From: Candidatus Hydrogenedentota bacterium
GTDB lineage: Bacteria; Hydrogenedentota; Hydrogenedentia; Hydrogenedentales; JAEUWI01
Length of the DNA stretch: 14,174 nucleotides
NCBI GenBank assembly: GCA_034669905.1
Contig: JAXMOL010000091.1
Coordinates: 1 to 14,174, forward strand
Reading direction: 5' to 3'
Shown: positions 6,859-14,174 of the stretch, in pieces
Layout: each line of letters starts with the position of its first letter
Position numbering within the stretch: position 1 is the first letter of the stretch
Program-made: the position numbers and the translations under genes
Notes under the pieces: generated by a model
Database searches by the model: none
What the model saw: only the letters and a program-made list of their open reading frames with translations
What the model was told of the DNA's origin: nothing

Positions 6859-8310
6859 TCATGGCTCCGCCACTTCCGCGGCCTTCGCGATGTTGCGGCA
6901 CATGCCCGCAAAGATAAATTCATGGAGAGGATAGAGGGCATACCAATAGGCGAGACCGGCCACGCCATGGGGATCGAAAATAGCCGTCTGTCGTAGGGTG
7001 CAACCCGCGCCCTCCTCGTCGGGTTCCAAGTCAAAGCGCAACCAGGCCCGTCCTGGCAGTTTCATTTCGGCGATCAGCACGAGGCACTTGCCCGGCTCGA
7101 TGGCTTCCACCCGCCACCAATCGAGGGTATCGCCGACATAGAGTTGCTCCGGATGGCGCCGCCCCCGGTCACTGCCGACGCCGCCGACGAGCTTGTCGAT
7201 AATTCCCCGCAGCTTCCACAGACCGTTGGCATAATACCAGCCCGTGCGGCCACCGATCCGTTGTATGGGCAAAAACGCCACCGCCGGGGGAGTGGATAGG
7301 GTTGCGGTCCGTTCGTCCACGATGCGGGTGCCCAGGTGTTTGCCGCCCCAGTGACGGGTGGTGCCGGAAGCCGAGAGCGCGTCGGACCAGTGGGTGGACA
7401 CCAGTTGGGCTTCCTCCTCGCGGTGGGCGGCCGCGATGGCGTCGTCGATACCCATGGGGACCACGCTGAAGTCCTTTCGAGCCTGATTGTCTTGTACGAC
7501 GCTGGCCACACAGATGCTGGCGATGAGCTTTCGGCCGACCCGGGCGAGCAGGGGGGTGACCAGGTTGAGCCAGAGGCTGGACAGCCAGGGGGTTAAGAAC
7601 GGTACGTTGAAAATTCGGCGCTTCAATCCCTGTGAGGCGGCATAGCGGAGCATGAATTCCCGGTAGGAAATGACGTCGGCGCCGCCGATTTCATAGGTAC
7701 GGTGTGCCGTAAGGGGGATGGTCCGGGCCTCCTCGAGGTAGGCCAGCACGTCATCCACGGCGATGGGTTGGGCTTCCATGCGTACCCAGCGGGGGGCAAT
7801 CATGATCGGCAAGCGCCGTACCAGCGCACGGACCATCTCGAACGAGAGGCTGCCTGCTCCGATAACGACCGACGCCTGAAACTCTATGGTTGGAATCTCA
7901 GATTGCCTGAGCAAGTCCCCAACCGCGTGGCGGCTTCGCATGTGGGCCGACCCGGAGGTGTCGCCATGGCTCAGTCCGCCCAGGTAGATAATTCGTTGTA
8001 CCCCCGCTTTTCGGGCGGCCTCCGCAAAATTACGGGCACCCCGGGTCTCCATGGATTCAAAATCCCCGGACTCGTCCAGGGCATGGATGAGATAGTACGC
8101 TGTTTCTATTCCTTCCATGGCCTTGTCCAGGCTTTCAGAATCGGCGACATCCCCGAAGACGGTTTCGACGCCGGCGTCAAAGCGTTGGGCCAACGCCTCG
8201 GGACGTCGGCCCATACAACGTACCGCAATACCCCGGTCGGCAAGCTGCCGTGCCAGCCGCCCGCCAATATAACCCGATGCGCCCGTTACCAACGTCGTGG
8301 GGTGTGTCAT
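6859..8310 (-). CDS. YbjT-like atypical SDR NAD(P)-binding oxidoreductase with C-terminal DUF2867
   Basis: TGASGYIG Rossmann motif, AYYLIH, IIYLGGL, SFEMVRALVRRLP and QPIAV. The C-terminal region carries IGGRTGWYY...LWKLRG...GDTLDWWRVE...AEMKLPGRAWL...GLAYWY. Confidence 0.92.
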   Translation of the reverse strand: MTHPTTLVTGASGYIGGRLARQLADRGIAVRCMGRRPEALAQRFDAGVETVFGDVADSESLDKAMEGIETAYYLIHALDESGDFESMETRGARNFAEAARKAGVQRIIYLGGLSHGDTSGSAHMRSRHAVGDLLRQSEIPTIEFQASVVIGAGSLSFEMVRALVRRLPIMIAPRWVRMEAQPIAVDDVLAYLEEARTIPLTAHRTYEIGGADVISYREFMLRYAASQGLKRRIFNVPFLTPWLSSLWLNLVTPLLARVGRKLIASICVASVVQDNQARKDFSVVPMGIDDAIAAAHREEEAQLVSTHWSDALSASGTTRHWGGKHLGTRIVDERTATLSTPPAVAFLPIQRIGGRTGWYYANGLWKLRGIIDKLVGGVGSDRGRRHPEQLYVGDTLDWWRVEAIEPGKCLVLIAEMKLPGRAWLRFDLEPDEEGAGCTLRQTAIFDPHGVAGLAYWYALYPLHEFIFAGMCRNIAKAAEVAEP

Positions 8311-8341
8311 GAGTGGGTGGCCCTCCTTCAGGCAGTGAAGT

Positions 8342-8381
8342 TAAATAAAAATTAGACAAAACATAGACCGGATGGTATGCT
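8342..8381 (+). promoter_or_regulatory. Sigma70-type promoter for blc overlapped by three 11-bp-period direct repeats (CarH/LitR-like operator)
   Basis: -35 TAGACA (8353-8358), 17-nt spacer, extended -10 TG-G-TATGCT (8373-8381). Hexamers TAAATA, TAGACA and TAGACC start at 8342, 8353 and 8364. Confidence 0.65.
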
Positions 8382-8458
8382 TTGAGTATACGATACATTG
8401 CGCAATACAGCAAGTGTTGGTGCGACATGTATACTAACATCAATAGAAGGAGCATGTT

Positions 8459-8974
8459 ATGCGGTATATATTTCCCCTTGTGGTGGCTATGCTGGGGCTT
8501 TCAGGTTGTCTAACGGGAATTCCCGGAGACCTCCAGGCGGTAAATAACTTCGAGATAGAGGAGTATACGGGGACCTGGTACGAATTGTACCGGCTCGACC
8601 ATCCCTTTGAACGGGGACTGAGCCAGGTGACAGCCGATTACACCCTGCAGGACGACGGAACCGTGCGCGTCGAGAATAACGGCGTGAAAGAGGACGGCAG
8701 CATGAGCAACATCGTGGGCCGGGCCGAGTTCCAGGGGGACCCGACCGTGGGTAGTTTGAAGGTTTCCTTTTTCGGTCCCTTCTTCAGCGGCTACCACATC
8801 ATCGCCCTCGGGGAGAACTACGAGTACGCCATGGTGGCCGGAGGGAACTTCGACTACCTCTGGATACTATCCCGGACGCCCGAGTTGGATGGGGCCATCA
8901 TTGATGGACTCATCGCCGACGCGGAAGCCAGTGGCTTTCCGGTGGACCAACTGATTATGGTTCCCCAGGATTAG
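8459..8974 (+). CDS. blc: Bacterial lipocalin, outer-membrane lipoprotein
   Basis: Lipobox LSGC, lipocalin motifs YTGTWYEL, FERGL, LKVSFFGPF and YLWILSRTP. RBS AAGGAG at 8447-8452. Confidence 0.95.
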   Translation: MRYIFPLVVAMLGLSGCLTGIPGDLQAVNNFEIEEYTGTWYELYRLDHPFERGLSQVTADYTLQDDGTVRVENNGVKEDGSMSNIVGRAEFQGDPTVGSLKVSFFGPFFSGYHIIALGENYEYAMVAGGNFDYLWILSRTPELDGAIIDGLIADAEASGFPVDQLIMVPQD

Positions 8975-11652
8975 ACCGTCGCGCGATTGACGTCCAAACG
9001 GACGAGCTCGAGCAATTGGTCGTCGGGCAATTCGGTGAGGTTTATCTCACTGCTTTCACTCAGGATTTCATCGGAGAGCTGACGCTTTTCTTCGATTAAG
9101 GTGTCAATACGCTCTTCGATGGTCCCGAGTGTGACGAATTTGTGGACCAGTACATTGTTCTTCTGGCCGATGCGGAAAGCGCGGTCGGTGGCCTGATTTT
9201 CCACGGCAGGGTTCCACCAGCGATCAAAGTGGATCACGTGCGAAGCGGCCGTGAGGTTGAGTCCGGTGCCGCCCGCTTTGATGGACAGGATGAAGAAAGG
9301 CGGGCCGTCTTCTTCCTGGAAGCGCTCCACCAGTTCGCGGCGTTTCCCCACGCTCGTCCCGCCGTGGAGGGCGAGGCCCCGGCTGCCAAAGACGTTGTAC
9401 AGATGGTCTTCCAGGGCCGGAATGATTTCTCGGAACTGGGTGAAGATAAGTACCCGTTCCTGGCGCTCGGCGAGTTCTTCGCAAATTTCTGCGAGCCGTT
9501 GAAACTTTCCGCTGTGCAATGGTTTGTATTCGCCATCGCCGGAGAGCTGGCTGGGGTGGTTGCAAATCTGTTTCAGCCGCATCAGCGTCTGCAGTACCAG
9601 TCCCCTTCGGGACATGCCATCGCTCCGCTCGAGGCCTCGGGTCATGGCGTTGACCGTTTTCTGATAGAGGCGCACCTGGGTGCGGGAGAGATTGCAGAAA
9701 CGGGTCGTTTCTGTCTTGTCCGGCAGATCAGAGATGATATTGCGATCGGTCTTGAGGCGTCGCAGAATATAGGGGTTCACCAGCCTGCGGAGTGGGGCGT
9801 AGTGGTCATGTTCCCGAGCACGGAGTCCTTTGAGAAAGGTCTTGAACACGGCCGAAGAGCCGAGCAGGCCTTCATTGAGGAAATCAAAGAGGGACCACAG
9901 ATCGCCAAGCCGGTTTTCGATGGGGGTACCGGTTAAGGCAACGCGCGAACGGGCCTTGAGTTTCTTAATGGTCTTGCTTTGACGGGTGCCCGGGTTCTTG
10001 ATGGCCTGGGCTTCATCGAGAATCAGCATGTCCCAGGTGATGGTCTGGAGCCACTCCAGCCGGGTGACCATGCCATAGGTGGTCATGACCACATCGACCT
10101 CGCGAAAACGAGCGGGGTCTTCCACCTCTCCCAGATCATCGAGATCGTCGGGATCCATCTCCGAAGCATGGAGAATGGTCATGCGCAGCGCAGGGGTAAA
10201 GCGCATCGACTCATTTTTCCAGTTGCCCAACAGGGAGGCCGGCACAATAAGCAGTGCAGGGGCCAGTGTGTTGCCCCGGTCGCCCTGACGTCGGCACAGC
10301 AAGGCGGCCAGCACCTGGATCGTCTTGCCCAGGCCCATGTCATCGGCCAGGCAGGCCCCCAGGCCGAGTTCTGCCAGGAGGTGCAACCAGGCGAGTCCAT
10401 CTTTCTGATAGGGACGGAGTGTGGTCTGCAGCCCTTCGGGCACCTGCGACGTGTCGAGACGGTCTGGGGAGCGGAGATCGGCCAGTAACTCCCGCATGGC
10501 CGTGCCGGCCGTAACGTGCACCCAGGCGTGTTCGTCATCGGCTTCCACTTCGGAAGTGAGGTCCTTGGAGGCGCCCGCCAGCAGGCGCATGCCTTCGATG
10601 AATCCGATCTCGCCATCACGAACCGTTTCTTCAATGGCTTTCCAGTGGGCCAGGGCCTCGTTGAGGCGGGCCTTGTCGACTTCGACCCATTGCCCTTTGA
10701 GCATGACCAGACCATCGTCTCCGCGAAGGAGCTCATCGACCTCGTCAGCGGTCAGGTGTTCCTCGCCGAGCGCGACATCCATCCGGAAATCGAGGAGCGA
10801 ATTGGCGCCCATCGTCGTGCGCGCTTCATCCCCGATCGTTACCGCTACCTGGGGGCGGGTTTTCTTTTTCCACCAGTCCGGCAGGCGCAGGGCCAAGCCA
10901 CATTCCTCGAGCACTTCCGCATCGCGCAGGACCCGATAGGCTTCATGGGCTGTCCAGTTGGTGGCTTCATAGAGTTCCCCCGACTCAAGGAGCTCCTTGA
11001 CCCAGGGGCACCGTCGGGCCGCTTCCCGAACCGGAGACAGTACCTTGTTGAGTGCTCCGTCTTTGCTTTCCTGGGTAAATTGTTCGAGGGCACTGCGAAG
11101 GGGCAGGTGCTTCAGGTGACCAGCGGCATTGAAGCCCGGTGAGTACGTGGCCATAAACGCGAAGGGCCGTACTTCATCATTGGGATTCTCCGCAAGATGG
11201 AAGCTGACCATACCAACCTTATGCCAGGCGCTGGCGTGATTCTGAAGAAAGGTGTTGAGGCCGCCTTCCATAAGGGCCCGGTCCTGCACCCAGCTTTCCA
11301 GGGATTTCCAGATCCGGAGCAACATGCGCACCGAAAGATACTCCCCGCCGGTCATCGGGGGGGCATGAAGCACGATGGTGTGGAGATCCTCATCGGAAAT
11401 CGGCGGGATCTCAACCTCATGGTTGTCATCTGTCGTGTGGCACAGGGCCGTAAGGAACTGATTGGAGAGCTCTTGCCAGAAAAGCAGCGTGGGATAGGCT
11501 TCTACGTTCAGCTTCTCGGCACCGAGAGAAAAGAGCCCGAATCGCCAATCTTCGGCAAAGCGTTCTTGTACCGTTGCCAGGTCTTTGGCATCGTCGAGCA
11601 GTGACTCCCAACGCAGTTGCCCACCGGGCGAGAGTCGTAAGGCATGTTGCAT
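8971..11652 (-). CDS. SNF2-family helicase/ATPase (YwqA/SSO1653-like, DUF3670-like N-terminal region)
   Basis: LRPYQ, LADDMGLGKT (Walker A), LILDEAQAIKN, LTGTPIEN, VLIFTQF and KAGGTGLNLTAASHVIHFDRWWNPAVENQATDRAFRIGQ. GLVMLKGQWVEVD lies upstream of the ATPase core. Confidence 0.95.
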   Translation of the reverse strand: MQHALRLSPGGQLRWESLLDDAKDLATVQERFAEDWRFGLFSLGAEKLNVEAYPTLLFWQELSNQFLTALCHTTDDNHEVEIPPISDEDLHTIVLHAPPMTGGEYLSVRMLLRIWKSLESWVQDRALMEGGLNTFLQNHASAWHKVGMVSFHLAENPNDEVRPFAFMATYSPGFNAAGHLKHLPLRSALEQFTQESKDGALNKVLSPVREAARRCPWVKELLESGELYEATNWTAHEAYRVLRDAEVLEECGLALRLPDWWKKKTRPQVAVTIGDEARTTMGANSLLDFRMDVALGEEHLTADEVDELLRGDDGLVMLKGQWVEVDKARLNEALAHWKAIEETVRDGEIGFIEGMRLLAGASKDLTSEVEADDEHAWVHVTAGTAMRELLADLRSPDRLDTSQVPEGLQTTLRPYQKDGLAWLHLLAELGLGACLADDMGLGKTIQVLAALLCRRQGDRGNTLAPALLIVPASLLGNWKNESMRFTPALRMTILHASEMDPDDLDDLGEVEDPARFREVDVVMTTYGMVTRLEWLQTITWDMLILDEAQAIKNPGTRQSKTIKKLKARSRVALTGTPIENRLGDLWSLFDFLNEGLLGSSAVFKTFLKGLRAREHDHYAPLRRLVNPYILRRLKTDRNIISDLPDKTETTRFCNLSRTQVRLYQKTVNAMTRGLERSDGMSRRGLVLQTLMRLKQICNHPSQLSGDGEYKPLHSGKFQRLAEICEELAERQERVLIFTQFREIIPALEDHLYNVFGSRGLALHGGTSVGKRRELVERFQEEDGPPFFILSIKAGGTGLNLTAASHVIHFDRWWNPAVENQATDRAFRIGQKNNVLVHKFVTLGTIEERIDTLIEEKRQLSDEILSESSEINLTELPDDQLLELVRLDVNRATV

Positions 11653-11813
11653 GGGTTACGTGTTCCATCCTTGGTAATTCGGGACCCGATGGAAGCGAAA
11701 TGCCCTTCGGATACGGAGCGGGAAATTGTAGCACAGCGGAGGGGGCCAGAGCACGGTTTTCGCAGGCTCCTCTGCGCGATTGTGTGTGGCGATGGAGCTG
11801 CAGGTGGCGCGGC

Positions 11814-11842
11814 TTGCAGGTATTCTGGTGATATAGTACGAT
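11814..11842 (+). promoter_or_regulatory. Putative sigma70 promoter for the surface-protein gene
   Basis: TTGCAG (11814-11819), 17 nt, TACGAT (11837-11842). An alternative extended -10 TG-A-TATAGT lies at 11829-11837. Confidence 0.4.
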
Positions 11843-11889
11843 GTTTTGAGGTTTTCGGTCTGTGTTTCGCGGCAGAAAGGAGGGCGTAA

Positions 11890-14174
<2,285 letters not shown>

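Noticed and set aside
9142..11604. Plus-strand ORFs within the helicase (9142..9936, 9979..10488, 10516..11142 and others)
   Set aside because: Antisense shadows typical of high-GC coding DNA.

Overview
GC-rich bacterial window with three parts. (1) 1-3612 is a disrupted accessory region. It starts inside an IS3-family element on the minus strand (orfA N-terminus MRRKRRNHAPAFKAKVA plus left inverted repeat; not in the ORF track) that interrupts a lower-GC HEAT-repeat membrane-anchored gene. Three host-like gene fragments follow, including the N-terminal part of a vanadium-haloperoxidase-like protein, with breakpoints at recurrent GGGAC(A)/TGTC(C/T)C motifs. A ~1 kb non-coding patchwork of duplicated, hairpin-rich REP-like modules closes this part. 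(2) 3614-11652 holds intact genes: a PQQ/BamB-like beta-propeller, ispG, an RraB-like protein, a YbjT-like SDR-DUF2867 protein, lipocalin Blc and an SNF2 helicase. Between the divergent ybjT-like and blc genes, a sigma70 promoter has its -35 inside three 11-bp-spaced direct repeats resembling a CarH/LitR (B12 photoreceptor) operator. (3) From 11890 to beyond the window end is a large secreted protein absent from the ORF track: seven ~70-aa repeats, a cadherin/Big_9-like domain and at least 60 Glu-Gly dipeptides. The (EG)n style suggests Hydrogenedentota (inference). Both window ends fall in repetitive DNA, so this may be a whole contig.
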